A DNA stretch of 63,947 nt, the filler included, from Sluysia triapertura (lineage: Eukaryota), in NCBI GenBank assembly GCA_046118255.1. It is 5 parts of 5 records of this genome, joined end to end, with 100 filler letters (N's around TTAATTAATTAA, not from the genome) between each part and the next. Parts side by side here need not be neighbours in the genome. Positions count along the whole stretch, not along the records: positions 1 to 13,220 come from JBJNIA010051892.1; positions 13,321 to 25,712 come from JBJNIA010113753.1; 3 more parts are not named here. The stretch is one strand, 5' to 3'. The position numbers were made by a program, and so were the translations under genes. The notes under the pieces are model-generated. The model was not told the DNA's origin. It searched no databases and worked only from the letters and a program-made list of their open reading frames with translations. Shown one piece after another: positions 10,622 to 23,597 of this stretch (position 1 is the first letter of the stretch; each line of letters begins with the position of its first letter).

Positions 10622-10849
10622 TTAACCCGTTAACCAAGTGCACAATCTTTTAACTATGCAACGTATAGCGGACTCACGGCATTTCTGAAGGACATGTGCC
10701 AATAATTCACACTGTAGCAGGAGAGAAACACATATCCCACCCGTTTATACACACTACATATTTTAAATAACGTATTACCACGTCTTACCCGATGTGCATT
10801 GCTTTGTATGTGCGACGTATGGATACGTCCAACCCGGTTAACAGGTTAA
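10622..10849. mobile_element. 220-bp piggyBac-type MITE
   Basis: TTAA-cccgttaacc ... ggttaacagg-TTAA (1 mismatch in 10-bp TIR), with subterminal palindrome gacgtatggatacgtc. Confidence 0.7.
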
Positions 10850-12439
10850 TACTTTAAAAGGTTTTAAAAAGTATTTAATAAATTGCAGTAACTACTTACT
10901 GCAGTTTATAAAAAAAATATTTGTAACAATGATGCTAGACAACTTAACTGATTCGGCTTAAAACTTGCAATAGACTTGCCTGTAACTAGAATACTGGCAT
11001 GTGATGAATAATTGCCTACATTCCTAACTTCCTAACTCGTTTAATCTACTTTTATACAAATTTAAATTTGCAAATGCAATAGTTTAATACCTTCACTTAT
11101 AATTTATCTTAATCCTAGGGTCAAAAACCAATACTTACATATGTTTATTGATTACTCACAAATCGTTCATGAAAACAATTTACACGAGAAATTAATATTT
11201 TAAACAAATTTAACAAAATCTAAATGGTAAAATATTTATCAATAAGTATAACAAAGATTGTCAAAAGTGTACAGTAGAACAGTATCAAAAGAAAATGTAA
11301 TCAAGCTTTAATTTATGTTTAAATATTTGTTGCCTTTAATCTTTTAATGAACATAAAAGCTTAAGGTGACTGTAGCCCACATTAAATCGGTCGAAATAAA
11401 TTAAAACGAATTTAATGTATATTTCAAGATTTGTTATAAAACTAATCATCCATAGTAAAAAAATATACTTAAGTTCCTTTTACGTTTACTAATAAATTGG
11501 CAAATAATCAAATATGTTTTCCAATATGGCCGCTGCTGAAGTGACCAAAAATTAAATTAATAATGATAATAATTAGTAAAATTGTGGCAAATTGTAAAGT
11601 GTGAATTTAGTTGATAATCTGTTTATAAAAATACTAATTATGTACTTTAATATGTAATTTTAGTTATATGAATTATTTACTTATTTTAGTAAGTAGGTAA
11701 TTTTTACTTACAAATATTGATAATATCATTTCCCCAAATAGAGCAATGACACAACCTAACAATAGTAACGCATTTGCAATGTAATAAATTAGGTCTTACA
11801 CATTTGCCTTTCGTGTCTGGGTATGTTTTTCAAGATGCCTTTTTTGTGATATGAATTTTTTGTATAGTTTAACATTTTAGAATTTGGTACAACAGAATAG
11901 TACATTAATGTGAAGGAAATCTAGTTTCGCCGAATGGATTTTATTGAATTTGAAATGGTCTCACTTATGTTCATTAATATATTTGTAAGGACACTAATAT
12001 TATTGTGAGTGATGAAGCAAAAGGTAATGTTCTTTATTCTGATAATATAATCGTGAAAATATTCATACGAATTAAAAATTTTATAGATTCATGACATGAA
12101 ACTTCGTTCATATCTAAATGTACATCTTACGGGAATCTTTGTTAAGTGAGTTTATTATAAGTTTTATAACTTTCACATTATTTGGTCTTAGACTTCGTAA
12201 TTTATTTATAATTTAAGTCAGTTTCGAACTTCGTTAAGATTTATTTCAACCTTAAGGTTTTTAATAAATATTTAACATAAAATAGTCACTAAATGAGTTG
12301 TATAAAACTACAATTAAAATATGAGAATTACCACTTATTCTTGGTAGCGCTAATGAATTTTCCACAGAATAATGATGAATCGTTAGATAATGTTGTGTAT
12401 TAAGTAGAAACGAAATTGATTCACTTTTTTGTTATTGTC

Positions 12440-13100
12440 ATGTGTGTACGAAATCATATTTGTCCATTGCAAATGAAAAATTCCAAAGTTTTCCTCAACT
12501 TCATTTCTCTTTCATCATCTTCCTCACTATTCTACACCTTTAATCCATCAGTGAACACCACATAGTCATCAAGTGAATCCATAAGTTTAAAAAACCAATG
12601 AATACCAGTCATTTCAACTTGAATGTTATCAGTAGGAATAATAGCTTCTTGGCCTTGTTTAACATCATTTACAAAACTAGCAACATTCCTTTATAAGCTT
12701 TCTTTAAACCTAAAAATTCGCCACGTTTTTCAACAGTATAATTTAACATTGTTTTTAATAATGATTTCGTGTATTTCTAGTAAAAGAAATTTTTTAACTT
12801 TCTGGATTTCCTTGACACGTATCATGCTGATTTCGTTTATTAACATTAATTTTCAACTTATAGTGAACTAAATTTTGAGCTAACGGTATATTAGCACAAT
12901 AACTTCCATAAATCAACAGTTCTTCTTTAGCATGAATAAAAATATTGCGTAATTTCAAATTAGATGGCACAGCAGCATTTGTTAATTTAAATAGCAAAAC
13001 TTGATATCTTATATCATTAGATATTTTATTTCGTTTTTTGTAAAGATTGCCATTTATTGCCAATTCTTCAACTTTAGCAAAATATTTATCATCTGGATAA
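12440..13100 (-). pseudogene. VAV: Vav-like RhoGEF DH-PH fragment, frameshifted
   Basis: IFIHAKEELLIYGSYCANIPLAQ / KYTKSLLKTMLNYT..GEFLGLKKAYKGM / VASFVNDVKQ / SLDDY..TDGLKV follow Vav DH-then-PH order, across at least two frameshifts and stops. Confidence 0.7.
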
Positions 13101-13220
13101 TTAACTTAATTTCTCTGAAAACCATCGATATTATTTTGCTTTGATTAACCCCTTACCGGTTTTATTTTTTTTCTGTGAATGGTCAAAAACTGACTTAATT
13201 TTTTTTTTTAAATTTAACTC

Positions 13221-13320
13221 NNNNNNNNNNNNNNNNNNNNNNNNNNNNNNNNNNNNNNNNNNNNTTAATTAATTAANNNNNNNNNNNNNNNNNNNNNNNN
13301 NNNNNNNNNNNNNNNNNNNN
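13221..13320. other. artificial contig-join spacer N44-TTAATTAATTAA-N44
   Basis: Exactly 100 nt, with a palindromic six-frame-stop linker; identical at four sites. Confidence 0.98.
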
Positions 13321-14329
13321 TTGGTTAATGTAAAAAATATGATGAATTTTTCATAAAAATTAGCAATTATGTATAAAATATTTTGAAATGGATTTAGTAT
13401 TATTTTTCTAAAAGAGAACATTCAAAAGAACCCATTGATATTTTTATATGTAAATAAAATTTAAATATTTAAATAAAATTTAAATATTTCATCCTATTGT
13501 ATTCAAATTAAAAGAAAAAATTAAGAAAAGTAACAACGTGACATTTTATAAATTACTTAAAAAATATAATACTAAATATTTTAAGTAATATATTATATAG
13601 TATATTAAATATAATATATATAATATAAAATATATAATATAATATATAATATATATTATAAATATTATTAGAATATTTTTATTTTATATAAAATGTATAT
13701 AGGATTAAAACTTTTCATATTTCATTAAGCACTCTAAGCCCATTTGATGATAATAATTATTTATACTATTTTTTATTATTATTGATATTATATTTTGTAA
13801 AACTTCTAATCGTTTTACATCTAAAACTTCTAAAAGTTACATCTTTAAATGGTAAGTTTCATTTATTTTTAATAATAATATTGTGATTGCCAACTTCTTC
13901 ACACAAAGTTTTAATACATCATAATACACTAAAAGTCATACTTTTATAATACTCAAACCATTCATTATATCAAAAATCATTAAATTCATAATTTAAATTT
14001 AAATAATTTGGTAAGATTAATTTTGATAATGATAATTTTAACTGACACCAATTTAGTTGAGTAATGGACCTTTTAATTTTGAAATCAAAATTGATATAAT
14101 TTTTATTTGTATCATTAAATCTAAATTCGTTACGAATATTATGTTTAAAATTTTTATGTAGGCTTATGATCAACAATTTAAGAAAATCAATTAAAAAGTC
14201 ATTAATAACTATAATAATTTCTTTATCTTTTATTATAGCAAAAGGTTTAAGTTTTGCTGTTATATCCTTGTGTACGTCATTTAGCTTCTCCCAAGATTCA
14301 TCATCTAAAATAAAATGAATGTTTAAGTT

Positions 14330-15600
14330 ATAGATAATATAAACAAAAAAATAATTGCATTGACTCTGCCATTATTAATTCATGATAAGAGCACTGTAAA
14401 ATTTGCAAAGCCGATGAGGTCACATTTTGATCCTGAAATAGTGCACAATCCACACACTCAAGCTCACTTGGCTCAACTGTATTATCATTCTTGATTAAAC
14501 AAAATTCCAATAAGACAAGGATAGTTGCTGCATCAGGCCTGGATAATATCTACATTACTTCTAAACAAATGTCATGTAATTCACCAGTTGTGACACCACT
14601 ATCACAATGATTAATACTAATACAATCGCTCATAAAGCCATTACAAAGAGCATCACCATGATCAACAATTATATACGATTTATACCTTTAACACACCTTC
14701 TAAACTATATTATTCTTATAATTCAAAAAATTTCGTAAATCTAACACATTTAGCTCATCCTTGAAGAATCGGTATTTTGATAAAGCTAGCTTAATTTTTA
14801 TACTTTTACTGAAATGGTCAGGATGTCTAATAATTCTTCGGGATTTCAAATTATCATCAGATTTGTTTACTTTTATCGATTCAGTGTAATAAGTAATTAA
14901 TACAGACGATAGACCTGATTTTCGGGAACCTTTTTTAATTTGCTACATAAGTTTGTATTTTCAATTGTTGTTAATAATTTACCTTCCGATTCGACACTAT
15001 CAGCTCGCTTTACTATTCCCATTAATTGACTTCTTATACTCATTAGCATAGACATTCGTGGCATAGACATCAATGATGAATTATTTTGCATAGTAATTGA
15101 ACTAGATAAAGATGTAGATATAATTGTAGTTCTATGATAGAAACCATTGGTAATCTAGTAAATTCAAAATCTAGAGTTAGTAATTGATAAATCGATTATG
15201 TAATGACATGAATACTATATGATCAGCTCTATTTATTGAGAAGATATCGAGTTTCTACATAGACAAAATTATAGACGAATTAAGAACACATAATTCACTT
15301 CCCAAATTATCTTCTGCAAATAGCATTACATCTCCTTTTTCTAATTGCATGGATATTGAGATCTTTAATAAACCAGTGCATTGCTTTAGTCGTTATCTTT
15401 CGTATTGTGACGTTTCCATTCAAAGTTTTTTGTTTTAAAAATTTTTACATATAAGTTTATTCTGATTAGTCGTCCAACCAGAAAGCGTAAAATTTGATAA
15501 TCAGTGTAACATTAATTGGACAACTAATATGAAGGATCAAAAATGGCATATCTGAGTGATAAGTCACCATCAGTGCTGACATAAATCTATTTACAGTAAT
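14330..15600 (-). pseudogene. decayed coding relic, possibly a cyclic-nucleotide-binding-domain protein
   Basis: Several broken frames; fragments LEKGDVMLF..ELCVLNS and EGVLKVYK loosely resemble cNMP-binding strands. Weak. Confidence 0.25.
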
Positions 15601-15879
15601 GAGCTAAGTCAACAAAGATACAAATATTTATGTTACATAACATTATGAAGTTTAATGTTAATAATGATAACAATAATGTTGTTATTATTATTAACATTAA
15701 TTAAACGCAAAATATTTAAAAAATACATAAACACTCTCTAAACCTTATACGAACTGTGTATTATTTTTCTTTAAATTTCTTAACATATTTTGAGTCTAAA
15801 ATTAAAAATGATTAAATTGAGTGTAATAACAATAACAAGAGGAACGATGTTATAGTTATTGTTGTTACTGAACTGCATA

Positions 15880-16490
15880 AACTCTTGAATTCTTTAAAGA
15901 CTGTACATAATCTTACTTTAAATCCTTTAGAATTCTAAACATATTGCAATACATTTAAATATATTTGAAACTAAAGATATGATAGCAATTCTTTTGCTCT
16001 GCAGTATAGAACGTTAGAGTGAACTTTTAGATGGTGATAAATGTTTTGACTGAAAGTAATATTTGAATATTGGAAGATTGTGGCCTAAAGATACATTGAG
16101 AAGAGTGTGGTTTAGTGAATGTGAAAAAGATAAATTATAGTCCAACTCTTAGTATGTTCGAAAGGTGATTGTACAATGTTAATAATGTGATTTGTTCTCT
16201 TGCTATTTTTAAGTGGTTTCATCTTTTGTGCTGTTAAGGATTATATGATAACAAATGATGAATTTAAAATATTGGAATTGATTCGAAGGTGTAGGGTGGC
16301 TAATTTCGAATGTGGTTGCAGTTTGATTGTTATGAATGTCGAGTAACATATTTTTGATGGCATTTGATGTCGTTGTGGTTTATATGTTATGAGATTGTGG
16401 ATATGAATTGAATTTGGCAGATGAACTGCTTTAGTAAATGTAGAAAAGATAAATATATGAATGTTGAAATGCTAAAGGATTTTTATAAAA
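15880..16490 (-). mobile_element. decayed LINE (RT C-terminal region)
   Basis: Strong C/A strand bias; TLLTLY motif as in LINE ORF2 TLL.LYK..IRS.LEY; many stops. Confidence 0.45.
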
Positions 16491-16539
16491 TTTAATAATA
16501 GTGAAGGTTGATCACCACAATGAATGTCTATTAATGCTT

Positions 16540-17600
16540 TTATTTCTACCCCTACCTAATGATGCATCATCTCATTTAATAATTTTAACCATATATTATC
16601 TTGAAAATTATTTAGTTATTCTTAAAGATGCATTAGAGAATACTGGCTTATTTGTTGAAGATAATTACGATTCAAAACATTTAAATAAATTGAAAGACAT
16701 CAGTAACCACAAGATGTATTCATTTAGTAAATGCCACATTAATGGAAACTACTACAACAACAACTATCAAACTGTACGTGAACACGATGTTTATCAGAAT
16801 GTTGATTTTTCATTCCAAATTGTAAATGATTCTTTACCAACACAAACAGATTGATTTATCAAGAATTATAATTTGTTATCATCACGAAGAACATAATGTT
16901 TTCAATGACGAATTGTTGTTTATTTTCTCAAATAATAAAAGTAAGCAATTTATATGGATATCCAAATTAAAAAATAAAAATCGAATGTTATATTATAATG
17001 ATGTTATATTGCAGTGTTATGTCTTAGACGTTAGTGAATTTTATAGTACACAATATTACGCTTTGTTATTAAAGTCAGATGTTATGTTATACTCCTCGCT
17101 AGATTCAGATTATGATATCATTTCTTATAATTCATTGATTATATTAGACCAATTCCATAGAAGCTATGGTGAAATAATTTTGAATGCTACATATGTATCA
17201 GACATATTAGTGAGTGAGCGCATACGCCGCAGTGTCTCGAACAATACTATTAAGCGTTTGAAAAATCAGTGTGGTTTGAAAACAATTAAATCAAATAAAC
17301 AATACGTATCAGCACAAGAACCAGTTTCTCTTTCAAGTACAGAAACAGGAGATTATTGTTAGTACATTAATTCATATGATTCCCTCTCAAACAAACTTAC
17401 ACAACTTGAAGCTCAGTGCCATTACCAAGCAGATATTTTCGGGAATTGTATAAGATTCAGGAATTCTTGTCTATTAAATAAATGGTTATAATTATGGAGC
17501 ACTTGAATGTGGTTTACTCGCTTCTCTACAATGCGGTTTTATACAAGACAAATTTCAATTTTCAATTTTCAATTCAGGATACAACATGAATACCCCCTTC
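16540..17600 (+). pseudogene. ADAM-like relic (prodomain, furin site, Cys-rich remnant)
   Basis: LENTGLF..NY..KCHING (prodomain-like), RIRRSV (furin site), then LEAQC..IFG..SCL.NGYNYG..CG..LQC (ADAM Cys-rich pattern). Frameshifts and stops; no HExxH seen. Confidence 0.4.
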
Positions 17601-18431
17601 ATCGTCATGAAACATTTTCGAAAGTAATTGTTATAATTTTGTTTTACAGTCATGATTTTTATATGAATTATTTAATTTCTAGGATTCCACGGGGAAATAT
17701 AGACAAAAATGAAAATTATTTAAATACCTTGATAACATATGTTATGCAACTTAAAGTAAGTGTTTTTAGTAATAAAATTTCATGTAATTATTTATGTTAT
17801 CATTGTGTTAATAAATCTTCAAAAAGAATTTTAAAAACAATCAGTTCTTTTGTTAATAAAATAATAAAGTCCCTCAACTTTAAGTTTAATAATTTAACAA
17901 AAACACATTTAAAACCTTTAATCATAAATAAACTCTTAAATAAGAAGTAAATTGATCTCCTCTTCTTTCTTTGAAAATTAATTTTTTAACACATCATCGT
18001 TTAACAAATCGAAAAGGTAGTAAAACTTGTTTAGAATAACTGCACAGACTTTAGTAGAATAACGAAAAATATATACATCGTCTCTTTCCGTGCTACATAT
18101 ATTTCTAACAAATTTAAATTCAAAATAATGCTATAGAAGTTTAGAAGATAAAAACTTAATGTTAGAATACTGAAATATGCATAAATTGTTTCTTTCATTC
18201 TTACGCATATTATGACTTTCTTCATCTTCACTGATTAAAAATTCTCGTTAAAAATTCATCTTCACTGATTAAAAACTTCTCGATTACTTTACCTAATTCT
18301 TCAATTTTCACAATTACTGAAAAAACTAGAGGTTTCAATTTATCAACATTTTAAATTTATTCGATATTAAATGTTCTGAGCCATCTTCAAATTGATTATT
18401 ATTCGAATATATCTTTCTAAGCTTCTTTGTA

Positions 18432-19317
18432 CAGTGGTGCTTCTACTTACGAAATTAATTCGTTCTGTAAGTAGTTTTGTAACGTGAGAAAGGTCGTAAG
18501 TAGAACCTCTTTTTCCTTGTAAATGCCCTAATCGGTTTCCAGCCCCCAAAATTCAAACATAATTCAGAGTGATACATCAGCAAAGGCAAGCGTAAGGCGG
18601 TCCTTCACATCTTGTGACTTGACTTTTTCTTCTCTTCTAATGTAATGAAGGTACGGCGTGGAATCTTTTTCAAAATTGACCAGTCTCGTCAAAATTAAAA
18701 ACTTGTGTGCAACGTAATCTTCATCATCATCAGACACAAATTCTTCCGCAGCTTTCTGATTGGCTGCCTCACTATGGCGAAGAACAGAGTGAATTCCAGT
18801 CCTCCTTTTGAATTTTTCGATTCCTTAAACACCTGGTGTAGTTCTTGCACAGATTTTCCTTCGTCTGCATCTTCCCTCAGGATTCAGTGTCTCCAGCTAT
18901 CTCTTTCTTCTTTACCCACATGAGTAACAACCTTTGGAAAGAGTCGCAACTTTTAGGGCCTCTTTTGTTTTAATATCGTACCTATTGTATATGGATTATG
19001 GCCATATTATTTGGCTAGATCAACCAAACACATCGCTTTTTCGCACTTTACTATTATCGCTTGCTTTATTGGTATGAACAGAATCTCTCTTCCTAAACTG
19101 ACCAATTTTTTCCATCACTTTATTGGGATACCTAGTTAATAAAAATGTAACAATATTTGACAAATATAAATCATTATTAAAATCTGAAAACTCACACATT
19201 TATACGAAATTAAGTATTAAGTATTTTGAAGTTTCCACCTTTCGTATCCTGAAATTTATTTTGTAACCAGAGGTCATATTTTTCCGAGGATGCCTTTCGT
19301 AAGTAGAGATACCACTC
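18432..19317 (-). mobile_element. Tigger/pogo-family DNA transposon, internally deleted
   Basis: TA-flanked TIRs CAGTGGTGCTTCTACTTACGAA and GAGTGGTATCTCTACTTACGAA. Transposase remnants VDLAK*YG..TIGTILKQK (HTH) and NFDETGQF*KKIPRRTFIT..KDRLTL. Confidence 0.88.
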
Positions 19318-21929
19318 TATTAAGAAATTCATCAATCATTTCAAATAAGAATTAGTCAAATTAAGTTCTTTAAGATTAATTAAATAATCAGATATTTCAG
19401 ATTATTTGGTCAATTTGGTCAAGATTCTTCTTTTTAGATTTGAGACTAATCATGGCTGACAAATTCATTTCGATTTAGCCGAATTTTTTTCTATATATAA
19501 AAAAATATTTATTTTGATATTTCAGGTTGATGGTGCCGCCATTGTCTTTAGTACTAAAACTATTTCTTAAAATGTGGATATATTAGCTTGTGATCTGAAA
19601 GTTAGCCAATAGAGGGTTAAGAAAAAGAGTGAAGCATTGTTAAGACACAAAAAACTACAGAATTTATAATACTGATATCAAAAATATTAAAAATAAAAAT
19701 AAATAATAAATTATAATGAAAATAATAAAGTTTAATAATAATGATAATAAAAAATATTAATATAAAATAAATTTAATATTAAAATAATAAAAATAAGCAA
19801 AAAATTATTTAATGTAATATTTACATTCTTTTAAAGCATACAAGCTTGGAGGAAGAAGGAAAAGTTTCTAAAACTGTGAAAGTGTATAGAAATGTGAAGA
19901 TGAAGTGATTGGCAATCTTAATTTGTTTAAATTATATCTGAAATAAAATATTGAAACAGTTAAATAATAAAAATATAATATAATATAATATCTAAAAATA
20001 ATAATAAAAAAAATAATAAATTTATTTAGTTTTCTATTAATATTCTTAATAAATTTTAAAATACCAATAAACTTTAGAAATATTTTTTTAATTCTAAGTT
20101 TTATTTACATTATTAAATCAATAATTATTCATCTCAATTTATAATTATAAAATGTAAAATTAATTTTAACAGTAAATTTCGATGTAATAAATGAGACAGT
20201 TTTTCGTATCACTATCTTTCCTAAATTATACTAAACTTGATATGAATTTCCTTGCCAATATTATCGTATGTGCCATTAAATGTGAATACAATAGACTTTA
20301 TTATACATAATAATGATAATAATATTAATATCTTTCATGAAATTTGTAATAATAGAATTTGCTATTGACTTATCTAATAAAAGATAAAAGAAACAAAAAA
20401 GCATGCTGAATAAAATAAGTGAAGAAGAGTAAAAAATAAATGGTTAAAAATAGGAATTAAATATAAGTAGAAAATGGAGACTATTGCCTTTTTTTACATT
20501 TCATTTCATAATAAAACATGGTAAACTAATCGATTTTATCAAACACTAAATTTTAAAGGACTAGCTTCCTATATTAAGCTTAAAAAGGATTAATAAGAAC
20601 CACGAAGTTAATTATTATGTTATTTTAAAACAATTTACCATATTATTTGGCGACTTTTTTAATTCTACGAGAATTGATGAAAGACTTTAATAGACTGATA
20701 CTAAATAGTAGTAATAATAGTAATAATAGCAACAATAATAATTATGATAATGTGTTTAATATATAATTTTCTTTAGATTTTCACCAGGAGCTGACTGTTG
20801 TAAGCAGTTTTCAAACAAATTATAATCTTATAATTATATTATACAAAGTGAATAATTTTCGAAAATTTGCATTATAGAAAATGCAATAAATAAAAATGAA
20901 TTAAATATGAAAAAATAATAAAAATTCGTTTGAGAATTATTTGATTAAGAATAAATTCAAAATACATTGATCTCATGAACTAAGTATAATGATAATTACT
21001 AGTGATTCAAACTTCTGTAAACTTGTGTAGACTACTTGTGCTGTGTGACAATTTAAGAACACATCAAAAAATTATTTGGGTCAAATCGAAGAGATAAACG
21101 TCGTTCTTCGTATTCTTCTTACTTATGAATTAGGACCAAATAAGCTAGTCTTAATGGAAACCTTGTTTAATATAGATGAATGTTAATATAGATGGAAATA
21201 GTATATTAGTATATAGATATATAAATGTAGCTGGAACATTTAATTTTGAGTGTTTTAATTGATTTAATGTGAATGGATTTAACAAAATTAAAGTGAGATT
21301 ATTAACTTATTATCTTAAACTTGGATTTGTTGTTAGTAAATTGGTGTAGTGAACTCCACATTTTCACATCAAAATCACAAACATATTTCATTACATATGA
21401 ACATTTCTTACATAAACAAAATACTAACAAATTACTCGATTCATTCAAAACATAAACATAGTCATTGTGTACAATTATCATTACTTACGTTTATTGTTAT
21501 CATAATTTCTTTCATAATATAATCATGATCAATCAAGTCCACTCGGTATAGTCATTTTAACATTATTTTATGGATCTTAATTCCAGAAATTTTAGTTTTT
21601 CTAGGAATTGCTATTTCGCTTCGTCTGCGAACCTTTTTCTTGTGGCTGGAGTACCTGTCACTGAATCCACAACTTTCTTTTAAATCAATTTATGGTGTTC
21701 TTCTATTCCAAGTCAAAAGGAATATTTTAATATTATTTTTATATTACCAATTCTATCTACAGGAGGGATGATAATATCTACGACAATATCTATAACATGA
21801 ATAACAATATTATTATTGAGCATAACTATAATAATGTAAGTAAAACACCAAAATATAACTTCAATAAGAAAAAATGCCATAAAAAGAAATCAATAAATAA
21901 ATGCCATGAATACATAAATAAGGAATTTA

Positions 21930-22730
21930 ACATTCACAATATACCTCTTGTACCATAACCACCACATTAAATCAACACGCATGAGCTCAAACAAACAATT
22001 ATTCAAACCAAAGCAATACTACTCACAATTTCGCTACAAATGGAACACAAACAGCAACAACATCACGTACAAAGAACTATGTTTCTTCGTCACTATTAGC
22101 ACAGTATACACACCAACAAATACAAATACAAATACCTGTAATTAAATCAATTTTTAAGATTCACAAAGTAACAATAACACCTTCTAAAAAATCACAGAAC
22201 TGAACCAACATTTATCAATAGACATTACACAAAAAACACCAAATACTTTTATCTCAAAACCCCCACAACAGGTTATTATCTTTGCACCATACATTTAATT
22301 ACGGTCAGTTCCTTAATATAACTACCAGTTCCACTAATGGCAAGCAGCTGTCGGCCATCGGGCAATTCATATCGACAAGGTATATATAATAATTTCTTAC
22401 AAATTCTCAAAACAAAAGCGGTACTCATATATTCAAAATTCGACAAATTTTAAACAAATTTACAAAACACAAATTCTCAAACTTTCATTACAAAAATCAA
22501 AACATTTTTACAAAAAACAACAAAGTATATACATAGAGTAACCCTTCATGCAAAAGCATATAAAATAGTAGATTAAAGATTTGCCATCCAACGATTTCTA
22601 TCTTCGCTACCAAGACTAATAATCAATAACCATATACTATAATCATTATCCAAACAAATCATCAAGAAAAATCAACAACCACATTCAAATCGAAGTCATT
22701 AGAAGAACAATCAAATCACCCTCAAGTGAT
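21930..22730 (+). mobile_element. decayed LINE (APE endonuclease region)
   Basis: C/A-rich strand; broken CTI..THELKQTIIQT resembles the start of a LINE endonuclease. Confidence 0.4.
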
Positions 22731-23109
22731 AAATGTGACGTTTTAAAAAATCATATATTTTTACATATTATTACTATTATTATTTACGTACCGTGTAATT
22801 TTTTAATGTATTATTTATTTCAATTAAACGTTTACCAACAATTTTAATAAAGTTTCATTATACTTAATGAAATCAAACAATATTTAAAATAGAACTGAAA
22901 AAAATGTCTGTTTTATTGGTTAAACGATTTATTTTCATTTTAATTGGTCGATTATTTTTTATATAGTAAATTATCCTCTATTTGATCAAAATAAAATATT
23001 GTATAAAATACAGTGCATCCTATATCAATTACTGTATTTCAAAAAATCGATAATTAATTTGACAATTATTTTTCATCAAAAATATTTATTAACTTACATA
23101 AAAAAATCG

Positions 23110-23597
23110 ATGTATTCACAAATCGATTTTCTTTTAGTTGTTATTTTATTAACTCAGAAACGAGTAGTTATTGGATTCGAATGTAGCATAAATGAAGAAG
23201 TACCTATTGGAACACAGTTAATAGCTCATAAAAGTCAACCGTGCAATATTTTGGTTTTGAAATCATTGATTAATTTCGATTTAAAACAAGCACTACCAAA
23301 TCAAATAGAAAAATTCAATAATTTACAAAACGATATAATATTGAAATTATTACCAAGTAAAACCAATCGTATTAGTAGTTATTTTCAAATTGTCACTAGT
23401 AACAGTATTAATAGTGCTGGATATAATTATTATAATAGTCATGTGACAGGAAATAATGTGCGAATGTCATCAAAAATTAATATTGGTGATTTAGTGACCA
23501 GAAAAGAATTGGATCGTGAAAAATTGTGTTATGAAGCAGGTGAATGTTGCGATATGGAACCTTATTGTACATTTGAATTGCAAATATTAATAAGACG
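23110..23597 (+). CDS. Pcdh: protocadherin, first coding exon (signal peptide + most of EC1)
   Basis: Signal peptide, then SINEEVPIGT, YFQI, GDLVTRKELDREKLC..CC..C (protocadherin EC1 DRE-x-LC-Cys motif). Donor CG|GTTTGT at 23598. Confidence 0.85.

Noticed and set aside
11815-11990. FSRCLFCDM and LMFINIF on the + strand as the missing innexin EL2 exon (FPRVT.CDF ... IN.FNEK)
   Set aside because: Conserved Pro and QC are absent, spacing is about twice that expected, and stops intervene.
11361-12255. Kolobok-like element bounded by TTAA-GG ... CC-TTAA
   Set aside because: The ends match for only about 3 nt beyond TTAA and no transposase motif was recognised.
13265-13276. Recurrent TTAATTAATTAA as a biological or CRISPR-like repeat
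   Set aside because: Always centred in 44+44 Ns, so it is an assembly linker. No CRISPR array is present.
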